64,000 nucleotides of DNA from Bacillota bacterium (GTDB taxonomy: Bacteria > Bacillota_I > Bacilli_A > RF39 > UBA660): NCBI GenBank assembly GCA_015059425.1, contig SVAM01000001.1, positions 28,027 to 92,026 on the forward strand, written 5' to 3'. Of the stretch, positions 46,953 through 57,790 are shown piece after piece. The translations under genes were made by a program, and so were the position numbers. Each line of letters starts with the position of its first letter. Position 1 is the stretch's first letter. The notes under the pieces were generated by a model, which saw only the letters and a list, made by a program, of their open reading frames with translations, was not told the DNA's origin and did not search any database.

Positions 46953-48037
46953 TTAAACCACCCTATTATTTTAGACCAAAAACTATTATTCTTTTCTTTT
47001 TCAATTTTTTTAACTTCTTCCTTTTTTATGTAAATACTTTCTTTATGTAAAATTGTATCATTTAACATTACTTTAACTTCTCCAATTTTCATGTCATTAT
47101 ATATATCTTTATATTTATATAAAGTAATATCTAATTTTAAATTTTTTTGTTCTTCATTAGATACTAAAGCATAATAATCTTCTTTTATATAAAATTTAAC
47201 ATCTTTATAATAATTATCATCTATTTTAAAATTATTTTTATCTAAAGTAAGTACTGCATTATATTTATTAAAATAAGTTTCATATAAACTTTTATGATCA
47301 TTAAAATCATTAGGAGCATTAAGTGTTACTATAACTAAATTTTTATTATCTTTAGAAGCAGTAGTTACTAAAGTCCTTCTAGCAGCATCAGTATATCCAG
47401 TTTTTCCTCCAGTAGTATATTCATACATCCCAAATAACTTATTTTTACCGGACCAGTTATATTCTTTTAGATTACTGGTAGCTTTATAATTTTTAGTTCC
47501 AAATATAGTTTTAAAAGTTTCATTTTGCATAGCTACTTTAGTTAAAAGAGCCATATCATATGCAGTAGATGTATTACCTACTCCATTAGAATCAAGTCCA
47601 TGAGCATTTATAAAATTAGTGTTTTTCATACCTATAGTTTTAGCATATTCATTCATTAAATAAACAAAGTTTTCCATGGAACCTGCTACTGTATTTGCTA
47701 TAGCAACCGCTGAATCATTACCACTTCGAAGCATAAGTCCATATAATAAATCTATTAATTTTATTTCTTCTCCAACTTCCAAATAAACACTAGATCCATA
47801 TGCTTGTAATATATCTTCATCTACAACTACAACTTTATCTAAATCACTATACATAATAGTTATTAAACATGTCATAATTTTAGTAATAGACGCTATTAAC
47901 CGTTCATCATTACCATTTAAATTATATAATACTCTTCCACTATTTAAGTCCATGACTACACATTTTTCAGCACTTATTGCAAATATATTTAATGGTAGAA
48001 TAAAAAAACTAATTATAAAAATTATTATTTTTTTCAT
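46946..48037 (-). CDS. dacB: D-alanyl-D-alanine carboxypeptidase (PBP5*-type, sporulation-specific DacB).
   Basis: A signal peptide is followed by SxxK (ASITKIMT), SGND (LRSGND) and KTG (GKTGYT). Confidence 0.8.
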   Translation of the reverse strand: MKKIIIFIISFFILPLNIFAISAEKCVVMDLNSGRVLYNLNGNDERLIASITKIMTCLITIMYSDLDKVVVVDEDILQAYGSSVYLEVGEEIKLIDLLYGLMLRSGNDSAVAIANTVAGSMENFVYLMNEYAKTIGMKNTNFINAHGLDSNGVGNTSTAYDMALLTKVAMQNETFKTIFGTKNYKATSNLKEYNWSGKNKLFGMYEYTTGGKTGYTDAARRTLVTTASKDNKNLVIVTLNAPNDFNDHKSLYETYFNKYNAVLTLDKNNFKIDDNYYKDVKFYIKEDYYALVSNEEQKNLKLDITLYKYKDIYNDMKIGEVKVMLNDTILHKESIYIKKEEVKKIEKEKNNSFWSKIIGWFKW

Positions 48038-48098
48038 AGACTCACCCTTATTAAATTTATGTTTAAAAATTAAAAAGAATGATTATTTTTTAATCATT

Positions 48099-48800
48099 CT
48101 ATAATTCACCATGTAAAACTTCTCTAATAAGTATTAAATTTTCATTATGTTCATTATTATTTTTATTTTCTATTTCTTTTACTATTAAGTCATCAATTAT
48201 TGGTAGGCATTTTTCTTTTATTGTATTTCTTAAATTTTCATATAATTTTTCTTCATTATCTAATTCAAATAAAAATAATTTTTCTTGTTCTTGTAATTTT
48301 ATAAGTTCTAAATTTCTAACAAAAATCTTCTTTTTAATATTTTTTTCTTCCTTTTCTAATTTATTAATTTTAAATATATTGTTTTTTCTAATTTTTTTAT
48401 AATATACATTTATTATTTTAACACCTATATTTCCAATTACATATCCTGATAAACATATTGAAATTGTTTCAATTATTATTTTAATCAAGTTAAAATTAAA
48501 TGAATTAAATAACATAAATATCATAACAACTAAAAAAACAATTGAAGAAATAGTTATAGCAAATATTTCTTTTGAATCTTTTTCTTTTTCTGTTTTTTTT
48601 AATTCTTCAATTTTACTTAAAATTTCTATATAATTTTTATTTAATTGGACAATATTTACTTGTGTTTCATTAATCTTATTTTTAGTTACATCAATATCTT
48701 TTTTTAATTCATTAATTTTGTTATTTTTTACATTTAAAAATTCAAAATATTTTTTCATAAATCCTTTCTGATATTTAATTTTATATATTATAATATGCAA
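48099..48800 (-). CDS. Hypothetical coiled-coil membrane protein.
   Basis: The ORF has a central TM helix. Confidence 0.4.
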   Translation of the reverse strand: MHIIIYKIKYQKGFMKKYFEFLNVKNNKINELKKDIDVTKNKINETQVNIVQLNKNYIEILSKIEELKKTEKEKDSKEIFAITISSIVFLVVMIFMLFNSFNFNLIKIIIETISICLSGYVIGNIGVKIINVYYKKIRKNNIFKINKLEKEEKNIKKKIFVRNLELIKLQEQEKLFLFELDNEEKLYENLRNTIKEKCLPIIDDLIVKEIENKNNNEHNENLILIREVLHGEL

Positions 48801-48812
48801 AAAAAGAAGATA

Positions 48813-49355
48813 TTAATCTTCCTCATAGTTATATATACCATGTATTTTTTGAAGTACAATTTCTCCAGGTTGTTCTACTTGCCATTTACCATCAACTTTA
48901 ATAGTTTTAAAAACTATATTATAAGAAATGGTATCAGTAATATCTTTCATTCTGTCTAATTTATAATCTAAATACTTTGCACTATCATATATGCCGTTAG
49001 TTAAGAATCTATCTTGATTATCATTTAAATATTTACTAGCAGTCTTTTCTGCTTGATATAAGTCATATACAGTAATTCTAACCGTTACATCAGCAGTATC
49101 ACCATCATAAGATTCATTTTCAATAGTATATAATAAATCTCTATATTGTCTTTTTAAGACTTCTTTATAACTATTCTCTTGAACAATTTCTAAATTTTCC
49201 TTTTCTACTATTTCATCAATATCACTAAGTACATTATCTGATAAACCTTTATAATCATTTAAATATTTTTCAACTGCATCACTCGCTTTATCATTTGTAC
49301 AAGAACAACCAACAGTTCCTATTATACATAATAAAAATATAATTATTTTTTTCAT
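48813..49355 (-). CDS. Lipoprotein, hypothetical.
   Basis: Lipobox LLCIIGTVGCS. Confidence 0.5.
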   Translation of the reverse strand: MKKIIIFLLCIIGTVGCSCTNDKASDAVEKYLNDYKGLSDNVLSDIDEIVEKENLEIVQENSYKEVLKRQYRDLLYTIENESYDGDTADVTVRITVYDLYQAEKTASKYLNDNQDRFLTNGIYDSAKYLDYKLDRMKDITDTISYNIVFKTIKVDGKWQVEQPGEIVLQKIHGIYNYEED

Positions 49356-49450
49356 ATATCCCGTTCCTTTTATTTTTATTATGTTTAGTAAATAATTAAA
49401 TATTCAAAAAATGTTTTTTTTAAATCTATTTTGTAGTATAATTATTTTAG

Positions 49451-49777
49451 GTGATAAGAATGGAAACATGGTTACAATATTTAATTATTGGTATTATTTT
49501 ATTTATTATATTTTTAATAGTATTAAAACTTTCTAAAAGAGATTTTAGAATTGAAGCGAATAAATTGATTGGTTATTTAGGTGGAAAAGATAATATAGTT
49601 AGTGCTGAATGTAATATGAGTAGATTTAAAGTTACCTTAAAAGATGTATCTTTAGCAGATAAAGATGCGATTGAAAGATTAGGCGCTAAAGGTATTGTTG
49701 AAATAGATAACCAATTAAAAATAATATTTGGACCGAATGCTCATCAATTAAAAAGATATATTGATGATATAATTTAA
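49451..49777 (+). CDS. Membrane-anchored protein with a PTS EIIB (glucose-type) domain.
   Basis: LIGYLGGKDNIVSAECNMSRFKVTLKD...LGAKGIVEIDNQLKIIFG matches the EIIB Cys-loop consensus. Confidence 0.5.
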   Translation: MIRMETWLQYLIIGIILFIIFLIVLKLSKRDFRIEANKLIGYLGGKDNIVSAECNMSRFKVTLKDVSLADKDAIERLGAKGIVEIDNQLKIIFGPNAHQLKRYIDDII

Positions 49778-49800
49778 AAGCCATCAGACTAATCTGATGG

Positions 49801-50646
49801 TTATTTTATTTTTAGCATCACATAAGATTTATATAAATCATTGTCTTTTTGATATACTGCTATTTCTTCATTTTTATAAGTTAATAATAAATATTCATAA
49901 TCTATGCCTAAAAATATAGAATTACCATTTATAACTTTTTGGTATTCTATATCGCTTAAAGAATATTCTTTAATATCTAAAACATCTTTTATATTTAGCA
50001 TTTTAAAAGTGTTATTTTTTATTTCATCTATTGTATAAGATTCTTCAATATTAAAATTACCTTGTTTTATTCTTATTAAATTATTCATAGTACCAATAGT
50101 ATTTAATTTTTTACATATATCTCTTATTAAACTTCTAATATATGTACCCTTTTCTACTTTAGTTTTAAATTTAATAATATCATCTTTATATTCTAATAAT
50201 TCAATACTTTTAATTTCTACTTCTTTTATTGGTAATTTTACATCTATATTATTTCTAGCATATTCATATAATTTTTTACCATTAACTTTTATTGCGGAAT
50301 ATTTTGGAACTTCCATATTATATTTACCTATAAAACTATTGAGTACTTCTCTTATATCATCTTTTTTTATATCAAAAGTCTCTTCTTCTAATATTTTACC
50401 TGTTATATCTAAAGTATCTGTTTTAATACCTAATTTAATTTCAGCGATATACTCCTTATCTAAACTTGTAAGCATATCTCCAAGTTTTGTATATCTTCCA
50501 ACAGTTACAACAAGAACTCCTGATGCTAGAGGATCAAGAGTTCCTGTGTGTCCTACTTTTTTAGTTTTAAGTTGTTTACCAATAATGTTAACTACATCTC
50601 TTGATGTATATCCTATTGGTTTATTTACAATTATAATGCCGTTCAT
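49801..50646 (-). CDS. truB: tRNA pseudouridine(55) synthase.
   Basis: GHTGTLDPLASGVLVV is the catalytic Asp motif. Confidence 0.85.
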   Translation of the reverse strand: MNGIIIVNKPIGYTSRDVVNIIGKQLKTKKVGHTGTLDPLASGVLVVTVGRYTKLGDMLTSLDKEYIAEIKLGIKTDTLDITGKILEEETFDIKKDDIREVLNSFIGKYNMEVPKYSAIKVNGKKLYEYARNNIDVKLPIKEVEIKSIELLEYKDDIIKFKTKVEKGTYIRSLIRDICKKLNTIGTMNNLIRIKQGNFNIEESYTIDEIKNNTFKMLNIKDVLDIKEYSLSDIEYQKVINGNSIFLGIDYEYLLLTYKNEEIAVYQKDNDLYKSYVMLKIK

Positions 50647-51035
50647 TATCTTGTTTTAGTTGTAGGTTGAGAACCATACATTTCAAAAGTTCCATGAAGA
50701 TATTCAGGAATCAATTCAGAATTATAATATACTTCGTTAACCTCAAATGGATAATCTGTAGAAGTAATTATTTTTTCTATAAAATCTCCTAATACTGGAA
50801 TATTTTTACCCCAATAAACAATTTCTTCAACTGAAATATTATTAGATTCAATACCATTGTAAGCTAGAAATATAGCAGCATATCCTACTAGTTCATTATT
50901 ATCATATAATTTTTTAATTTTAAAATAGTCCGCTTCGTTATATGTTTCTAAATTTTTAACATCGCCCATTAAAGGTTTGATTTTCATCATAAAATCATAA
51001 GCTTCTTTACTAAATTTTTGTGTTACTACTTCCAT
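50646..51035 (-). CDS. Hypothetical protein (129 aa) between rbfA and truB.
   Basis: ORF only. Confidence 0.4.
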   Translation of the reverse strand: MEVVTQKFSKEAYDFMMKIKPLMGDVKNLETYNEADYFKIKKLYDNNELVGYAAIFLAYNGIESNNISVEEIVYWGKNIPVLGDFIEKIITSTDYPFEVNEVYYNSELIPEYLHGTFEMYGSQPTTKTR

Positions 51036-51036
51036 A

Positions 51037-51381
51037 TTATTTTTCCTCTTTCATATCTTTAATAATACTCTCAATACGTGATGCATATTCTATTGAATCA
51101 TCATATATAAATTCTAATATTGGAGTATGTCTTATATCAATTTTATTAGCAAGTTCTCCTCTTATAAATGGAGCAGCTTCATTAACTTCTTTTACTAAAA
51201 TATTTTTATCTATATTACTTAAAGATGTAAAATAAACTTTAGCATAACTTAAATCTCTTGATACTTTACATCCAGTAATAGTTACTGATTTTAATATTTC
51301 GTCTCTTGCTTCATCAAATAGTATTTCACTTATTGCTCTAGATATATCAGATGAAATTTTTGCTATCTTAAAGTTTGGCAT
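51037..51381 (-). CDS. rbfA: Ribosome-binding factor A.
   Basis: RISSDISRAISEIL...ITGCKVSRDLSYAKVYF. Confidence 0.85.
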   Translation of the reverse strand: MPNFKIAKISSDISRAISEILFDEARDEILKSVTITGCKVSRDLSYAKVYFTSLSNIDKNILVKEVNEAAPFIRGELANKIDIRHTPILEFIYDDSIEYASRIESIIKDMKEEK

Positions 51382-53486
51382 TAACGTTTCACCTCAACCA
51401 TTTCATAGCATTCAATTATATCTCCAACTCTGATATCACTATAATTATCTAATGTAATACCACATTCAAATCCTTTTTTTACTTCTTTAACACTATCTTT
51501 TTCTCTTTGAATAGATGCAATTTTACCATCATATATGATTACACCATCACGTATTAATCTTGCATTAGCATTATTTTTAATAATACCATCTGTGATATAA
51601 CTTCCTGCAATATTACCAACTTTAGAGAATTTAAATATTCTTCTAATTTCAGCATTACCTAAAACTTTTTCTTCATATTCAGGATCTAACATACCCTTCA
51701 TAGCAAGTTCTATTTCTTCTATACATTTATAAATTATTGTATAAAGTCTAATATCTACACCATATTCTTTAGCCATTTCTTTAGTGCTATTTGATGGGCT
51801 TACATTAAATCCAATTATAATAGCATTAGATGCATTTGCTAAAACTACATCGCTTTCCGTAATTGTTCCGATACCAGAACGAATAACGTTTACTTTAACA
51901 CCTTCAACATCTATCTTAAGCAAACTGTTTTTAACTGCTTCTTCAGAACCTCTTACATCAGTTTTTAATACTACGTTTATTTCTTTTTGACCTTCATTAA
52001 TTTTACTAAATAAATCATCTAAAGAAATAATATCTTTTTTGAATTTATTTTCTTTAGCATTGATAGCTCTTTTTTCAGCTATTTCTTTAGCTTCTTTTTC
52101 AGTTTCAAAAGCCATAAATTTATCACCAGCGCTTGGATTTTCATTTAATCCTGTAATTTCAACTGGAGTACCTGGATGAGCCATAGTAATAGATTCGCCT
52201 CTATCATTTTTCATAGTTCTTACTTTACCAAAAGTAGTACCAACAACAACTGGATCTCCTAAACGAAGTGTACCATTTAAAATAAGTAAACTTGCTACAC
52301 CACCAACATTTTTATCTTGACGAGATTCAATTACAGAACCTACCGCATATCTACTAGGATTAGCTTTTAATTCTTGCATCTCACTTATAGCAATTAAAGT
52401 TTCTAATAACGTATCAATACCTTCACCAGTATGTGCAGAAATATTTATAAATGGATATTCACCACCCCAAGCTTCTGGAGTTATGTTTATTTCTGCCATT
52501 TCAGTCATAATTCTATCTGGGTTGGCATCTGGTTTATCTATTTTATTAACTGCAACAACTATTGGAACTTTTGCACTTAAAGCATGTTCTACAGCTTCTT
52601 TAGTTTGAGGCATAACACCATCATCTGCTGCAACAATTATAATTACAATATCTGTTACACTAGCACCTCTAGCACGCATTTCTGTAAATGCTGCATGTCC
52701 TGGAGTATCAATAAATGTTATTTTATTTCCATCTTTTTCAATTTGGTAAGCTCCAATCGCTTGTGTAATACCACCAAATTCTGTATCAACTACATGCGAG
52801 TCTCTTATATAATCAAGTAAAGTTGTTTTACCATGATCTACATGTCCCATTATAGTTACGATTGGTGGACGCGATACTAAGTCAGCTTCATTATCTACTA
52901 TTTCATATTCTTCAAAGTTAGACACATCTTGTGTTTCTTCTCTTTTTAAAGTTTTATTATATTCTAAAGCAATAATTTCAGCATTTTCAAAATCTATAGC
53001 ATTGTTTAAAGATATCATTAATCCTAAAGTCATTAATTTTTTAATAATATCTGTTCCACTTATATTTAATTCATTAGCTAAATCTCCAACTGTCATTCCA
53101 TCTTTAAAGACTATAACATTTTCATCTACGGTATTTGTCATTAATTTATCTTTATTTTTATACATTTCTTTTCTTAATTTAGAATAGTCTTTTGATTCAG
53201 TTTGATCTTTTTTCTTTTTTAACTTTTGTTTCTTATCAGTAATATTAGTATTTTTAATTATATTACTACTTTCTACTATAGCATCTACTACTTCATCTAT
53301 AGTATCTTCTTCTTCATATGTATCTTCTTCAACACCAATTAAATTAATTGCATTATCTAATGAAATTATATCTTCATCAGTTAGATAATCATCTCCACTT
53401 TTAACTTCGATTCCTAAATCATTACATTTTTTAATAATCTCGGCAACACTTAAATTTACATCACTTGCATATTCTTTTATTGTCAT
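51381..53486 (-). CDS. infB: Translation initiation factor IF-2.
   Basis: The G-domain reads [14 protein letters not shown]...DTPGHAAF...NKIDK. Confidence 0.95.
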   Translation of the reverse strand: MTIKEYASDVNLSVAEIIKKCNDLGIEVKSGDDYLTDEDIISLDNAINLIGVEEDTYEEEDTIDEVVDAIVESSNIIKNTNITDKKQKLKKKKDQTESKDYSKLRKEMYKNKDKLMTNTVDENVIVFKDGMTVGDLANELNISGTDIIKKLMTLGLMISLNNAIDFENAEIIALEYNKTLKREETQDVSNFEEYEIVDNEADLVSRPPIVTIMGHVDHGKTTLLDYIRDSHVVDTEFGGITQAIGAYQIEKDGNKITFIDTPGHAAFTEMRARGASVTDIVIIIVAADDGVMPQTKEAVEHALSAKVPIVVAVNKIDKPDANPDRIMTEMAEINITPEAWGGEYPFINISAHTGEGIDTLLETLIAISEMQELKANPSRYAVGSVIESRQDKNVGGVASLLILNGTLRLGDPVVVGTTFGKVRTMKNDRGESITMAHPGTPVEITGLNENPSAGDKFMAFETEKEAKEIAEKRAINAKENKFKKDIISLDDLFSKINEGQKEINVVLKTDVRGSEEAVKNSLLKIDVEGVKVNVIRSGIGTITESDVVLANASNAIIIGFNVSPSNSTKEMAKEYGVDIRLYTIIYKCIEEIELAMKGMLDPEYEEKVLGNAEIRRIFKFSKVGNIAGSYITDGIIKNNANARLIRDGVIIYDGKIASIQREKDSVKEVKKGFECGITLDNYSDIRVGDIIECYEMVEVKR

Positions 53487-53506
53487 GATTACTCTCCTTT
53501 CAATCC

Positions 53507-53767
53507 TTATTTACATATATTTCTTGCTTCTTCATAAACACTAGCTGGTATTTCTATTTCTAATATTCTATCTAATATTTTAGTTTTTTCAGCTTTATTT
53601 ATTACTTCAATATCTTTTTTTAAATAAGCTCCTCTCCCATTGGCTTTCCCTGTTACATCTACAATAACATTTTTTTCTGGAGTTCTTACAATACGAAGTA
53701 AATCTCTTTTTTCTAATTTTTCTTTAGTTACAACACATGAACGCATTGGTATCTTTTTTGTTTTCAT
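53507..53767 (-). CDS. ylxR: YlxR/RnpM family RNA-binding protein (DUF448).
   Basis: IPMRSCVVTKEKLEKRDLLRIV....GRGAYL. Confidence 0.75.
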   Translation of the reverse strand: MKTKKIPMRSCVVTKEKLEKRDLLRIVRTPEKNVIVDVTGKANGRGAYLKKDIEVINKAEKTKILDRILEIEIPASVYEEARNICK

Positions 53768-53783
53768 GAGTTACCTCCAATAA

Positions 53784-54896
53784 TTATTTATTTCCCTCAG
53801 CATTAATTTGACTCATAGTCTTAATATTAATTTTATATTTAGTTAAACGACTTGCTAATTTAATATTATTTCCGGCTTTTCCAATTGCTAAAGCAAATTC
53901 ATCATCAGGTAGTACTGCTAAAGCTTCTTTTTTCTTTTCATCTGTAATATTTACGATAGCATTCTTAGCAGGACTTAAAGCACTTTTAATATATTCTTCT
54001 GGATTTTCGTTATATACTACTACATCTATTTTTTCGCCATTAAGTTCTTTTAAAATGCTTGCAATTCTTGAACCTCGCTCACCAATACATGTTCCTATTG
54101 GATCAATTCTTTCACTTGTAGATGATACTGCAACTTTACTTCTAATTCCTGCTTCTCTTACACAAGCATGCATAATTAATGTGCCATCTTGTAATTCAGG
54201 TATTTCAAGTTCAAATAATCTTTTAACAAAACCATAATGTTTTCTAGATAAAAGTATAAGTGGTCCTTTAGTACCATCTTCAATTTTAGTAACATAAACT
54301 CTGATATTAGAACCCATTTTAATAGTCTCGCCAGGAATAATTTCACTTTTTGGTAAAATTCCTCTTGTACGACCTAAGTCAATGTAATAATTTCTTGCAT
54401 CTTCAAGTGCTACTAAACCTAATAACATTTCATCTTGTTTATCTTGGAATTCTTCAATAATGCTATTTTTTTCAGCTTCTCTTATTTTTTGAGTTAATAC
54501 TTGTTTAGCAGTAGAAGCGGCAACACGACCAAAATCTTTAGGAGTAACTTCATGTTCAATAGTTTCTCCTACTTTAATACCCGGAACCATTTCTTCAGCT
54601 TGTTCTAATATAATTTGAGCATCTATATTAATTTCTGGAGCAATTTTAACAATATTTCCTTCTTCATCTGTAGTTTCACTTCCAAAATCAACATCATCTA
54701 CTACTACTAAGTATGAAAATACTTTTATTTCTCCTGTTTCACGATTAATGTCTACTCTAACATTTGTTTTAGAATCAAAATTCTTTTTATAAGCTGTAGA
54801 TAAAGCTTGTTCCATTCCTTCAAAAACTATATCTTCACTTATTCCTTTTTCTTTTACTATATGTTTAACCGCTTTAATGAATTCTTCACTATTCAT
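53784..54896 (-). CDS. nusA: Transcription termination/antitermination factor NusA.
   Basis: It has the NusA N-domain, S1 and two KH domains (ERGSRIASIL...GEKIDVV). Confidence 0.9.
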   Translation of the reverse strand: MNSEEFIKAVKHIVKEKGISEDIVFEGMEQALSTAYKKNFDSKTNVRVDINRETGEIKVFSYLVVVDDVDFGSETTDEEGNIVKIAPEINIDAQIILEQAEEMVPGIKVGETIEHEVTPKDFGRVAASTAKQVLTQKIREAEKNSIIEEFQDKQDEMLLGLVALEDARNYYIDLGRTRGILPKSEIIPGETIKMGSNIRVYVTKIEDGTKGPLILLSRKHYGFVKRLFELEIPELQDGTLIMHACVREAGIRSKVAVSSTSERIDPIGTCIGERGSRIASILKELNGEKIDVVVYNENPEEYIKSALSPAKNAIVNITDEKKKEALAVLPDDEFALAIGKAGNNIKLASRLTKYKINIKTMSQINAEGNK

Positions 54897-55155
54897 TTTC
54901 TACACCTCTTTCTTTTGATACAACATCTAATATGTATGAATCATCTGTAAAATCATATTCATCTACTATAGGATTAATAATGTTTGTAGCATCCACAATA
55001 GTATCTAAATCAATTCCTCCAACTTTATCAAGTTCAATACATAATACGTTGTAATTACCACTATTTTTTTCATAAGTAACACTACTTACGATGATTTCTT
55101 TTTCTTTCAAAACTTCTTTAATTTTAGCTTCTAATTCTTCTAACGTTTTTTTCAT
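54889..55155 (-). CDS. rimP: Ribosome maturation factor RimP, unusually short (88 aa, N-terminal domain only).
   Basis: It lies immediately upstream of and overlaps nusA. LCIELDKVGGIDLDTIV..YILDVVS matches the RimP N-domain. Confidence 0.55.
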   Translation of the reverse strand: MKKTLEELEAKIKEVLKEKEIIVSSVTYEKNSGNYNVLCIELDKVGGIDLDTIVDATNIINPIVDEYDFTDDSYILDVVSKERGVENE

Positions 55156-55286
55156 AACTCACCCATTTTCTATAATAATAAAAGTGGGAATTTCTGCCCA
55201 CTCAAATCTGTCAAATTTATTATAACATAAATTATTAATTTGTCAAAGTCTTTATTTACCTTCTCAAAAGAAAAGTAGCAAATTTG

Positions 55287-56423
55287 CTACCTTATTATAA
55301 ATGGATTACTATAAGTTCCGTCTCCTTCAACATATTTGACACCACTTTTTAAATATAATGCTGGATAAGTACTATATCCAATATTACCATTACTTGATCT
55401 AATATACCCATCATCATCTATAAAATATACAGTATCATATTTACCAGAAGCAGGAGACATCGTATATTGATCTCCACTAAATAACCAACTGTTTCCAGCA
55501 CAATTTTGAGTAGCATACCCAGACTTTCCTACTAATGTATTTCTAGGGCAACTACTAGCTAAAACAGAATATCCATAATCACTCAAATACATCAAACCTA
55601 TTTTACCAGTCCATGTTGCGCTATAACCTGTTGGAACATCAGTACCTCTTTCTTGTTCATATATTGTTGGTATAGGCCTATTACCACTACTTGTTGTAAT
55701 GGCTCCAACATGCCAAACTACAGACTCAACCATATTTCTTGATATAAGATTTAGTCCAGTTCTACTAAAATTGCATGTTTTCGTAACTTTTTCAGTGTCA
55801 GTTGAATATGTATAACATTTTGTATCTTTTGCATTTAAATATGCATTATTTAAAGTTTTTTGTAAATTTGAATTTTCCCAATTATTTTTTATATCTACAT
55901 CAAAAGCTAATACATCTAAAACATCATACTTAATTATTTTAGTTAAATATTTTGTATTCCCATTACTGTCTTCAACTTCAAATACACCAATAATTCTCCA
56001 TAATTCATTATTAAATTTAATATAATTATTTGGGTCTACACCCTCATATCTATAAGCTTCTTGTTCAACTACTAAACAATTTTTTGCATCAGCATCATTT
56101 GTAGGGGTGGATGAACAAGATTTATTATTTATTAAATAATCATTTAAATACTGAGTACTGTTATCACTTTCAAATTCTACTGTACAAGTAGTATCACCAG
56201 TTAAACCAGATGTTTCAATTCTCCATGCAGAATAATTAAAACTAGCGCTTCCAGTTGTACAAGTTAAACTTTTTACTTTATATCCATCAGAACTACTAGG
56301 CATTGTTGAAGCTAATTTACCGTCAATATAAGTTTCTATAGTTAGGCTATATTGGTTTGTTTTTAAAATAGCTATTATTGATGTAAATATTATAATACTA
56401 ATTATTAATATTCTTTTTTTCAT
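55287..56423 (-). CDS. Secreted/anchored modular protein, paralogue 3 of 3 (378 aa).
   Basis: It has a signal anchor, a small 2-Cys module, the block YRYEGVDPNNYIKFNNELWRIIGVF and a C-terminal CAGNSWL...LYLKSGV..GDGTYSNPFII domain. Confidence 0.5.
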   Translation of the reverse strand: MKKRILIISIIIFTSIIAILKTNQYSLTIETYIDGKLASTMPSSSDGYKVKSLTCTTGSASFNYSAWRIETSGLTGDTTCTVEFESDNSTQYLNDYLINNKSCSSTPTNDADAKNCLVVEQEAYRYEGVDPNNYIKFNNELWRIIGVFEVEDSNGNTKYLTKIIKYDVLDVLAFDVDIKNNWENSNLQKTLNNAYLNAKDTKCYTYSTDTEKVTKTCNFSRTGLNLISRNMVESVVWHVGAITTSSGNRPIPTIYEQERGTDVPTGYSATWTGKIGLMYLSDYGYSVLASSCPRNTLVGKSGYATQNCAGNSWLFSGDQYTMSPASGKYDTVYFIDDDGYIRSSNGNIGYSTYPALYLKSGVKYVEGDGTYSNPFIIR

Positions 56424-56437
56424 ATTTTACCTACTTT

Positions 56438-57790
56438 CTAATTAGTTATTATATACGGTAAATTGCTTGTTCCAGCACCACCTAAAACTTTAACTGTTGA
56501 TTTTAAATATACAACTGGTCTTACACCATAACCCTCTGTTGAATCATCATCGTTTATATGGCCACCATTATGGATATACGCACTGTTAGTTTCATTATTA
56601 GAATTAGAATTTATTATTCTTTGATAGCCATCTTGATATAGCCAACTGTTACCTGCACAAGTTGTTTTAGCATAATCTGTTAGTTTTGTTTCTCTATCAC
56701 AGCTACTATTTAATACTGAATAACCATAATCACTAGCACTCATTAAACCTACTTTACCAGGCCCATTACTAGCAATTTCAAAGTTATACATATCACTAGT
56801 TTTTACTTCTATGTTAGAATATTTCCCAATATTCCATTTAACCTCTTCCACCATATTTTGAGCAGTAGTATTTAAACCTTTATTCTCAAAATTACATGGT
56901 TTAGTTATTGTTGACTGAATATTACAATTTTGAGTACTCCTAGAATAAAAGCCTTCATTTAATTGTTTTTTCAATGATGAATTACTCCAATCATTATTAT
57001 TTCCGCTATCAAAAGCTAAGTCCTCTAAGTTCTTATCTCTTATTATTTTAACCAAATTTTGAGCAGTTCCTGCGCTATTATTAATATTAAATACTCCTAT
57101 TATTCTCCATAGTTCATTATTGAAAAGCACATAGTTGTTTGGATTTATACCTTCATATCTGTATCCACTTTCATTTACTAAGCAATTTTTGGCAGCATCA
57201 TCGCTTGTAGGTGTACTTGAACATACTATACTAGAAGTTAAGTATGTTGCAAAACTTTGATTTATATTGGATTTAAAATCTACAGTACATACTGTATCTT
57301 TAATTACATCAACTTCTACATTCCAATTTTCATAATCAAATGAAGCTTTAACTCCGTAGTCACAACTTATACTATTAGGAATATATCCACTAGTTTTACT
57401 TGGAAACGCAATACTACTACCATTAGATGTTGCTTTAATTGTTATTTTAGGAGTCGAAGTTTTATCAAAATATAAATAACACTTAGTATTTTGTACTGAA
57501 AAATTACTTATTGTAGCACTCCATGTGTTATTATCCCATCTAATTTTTGCTTTGTTTGAACATACTGTTTTACTTTTATTTATTATATAACCATTTGATT
57601 TAGAAGGTAATGTAGATACTAAATCATAACTTCCACTATCATTTTCTTGATATATAGCAACTTCTTTATTGTTATATTCTGAAATACTACTAGAATCAAG
57701 ATTTATAGTTTTTGAAGCTTGTGTTTTTATAATTACTATAGATGTCATTATAATTAGTATTATAATTGAATATATTTTAATATTTTTCAT
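56438..57790 (-). CDS. Secreted/anchored modular protein, paralogue 2 of 3 (450 aa).
   Basis: It has two copies of the 2-Cys module, the block YRYEGINPNNYVLFNNELWRIIGVF and a C-terminal CAGNSWL...GVRPVVYLKS...PYII domain. Confidence 0.5.
   Translation of the reverse strand: MKNIKIYSIIILIIMTSIVIIKTQASKTINLDSSSISEYNNKEVAIYQENDSGSYDLVSTLPSKSNGYIINKSKTVCSNKAKIRWDNNTWSATISNFSVQNTKCYLYFDKTSTPKITIKATSNGSSIAFPSKTSGYIPNSISCDYGVKASFDYENWNVEVDVIKDTVCTVDFKSNINQSFATYLTSSIVCSSTPTSDDAAKNCLVNESGYRYEGINPNNYVLFNNELWRIIGVFNINNSAGTAQNLVKIIRDKNLEDLAFDSGNNNDWSNSSLKKQLNEGFYSRSTQNCNIQSTITKPCNFENKGLNTTAQNMVEEVKWNIGKYSNIEVKTSDMYNFEIASNGPGKVGLMSASDYGYSVLNSSCDRETKLTDYAKTTCAGNSWLYQDGYQRIINSNSNNETNSAYIHNGGHINDDDSTEGYGVRPVVYLKSTVKVLGGAGTSNLPYIITN

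Noticed and set aside
51784-53187. Short plus-strand ORFs inside infB (51784-51990, 52584-52820, 53002-53187)
   Set aside because: They are antisense to infB and have no motifs. They are spurious.
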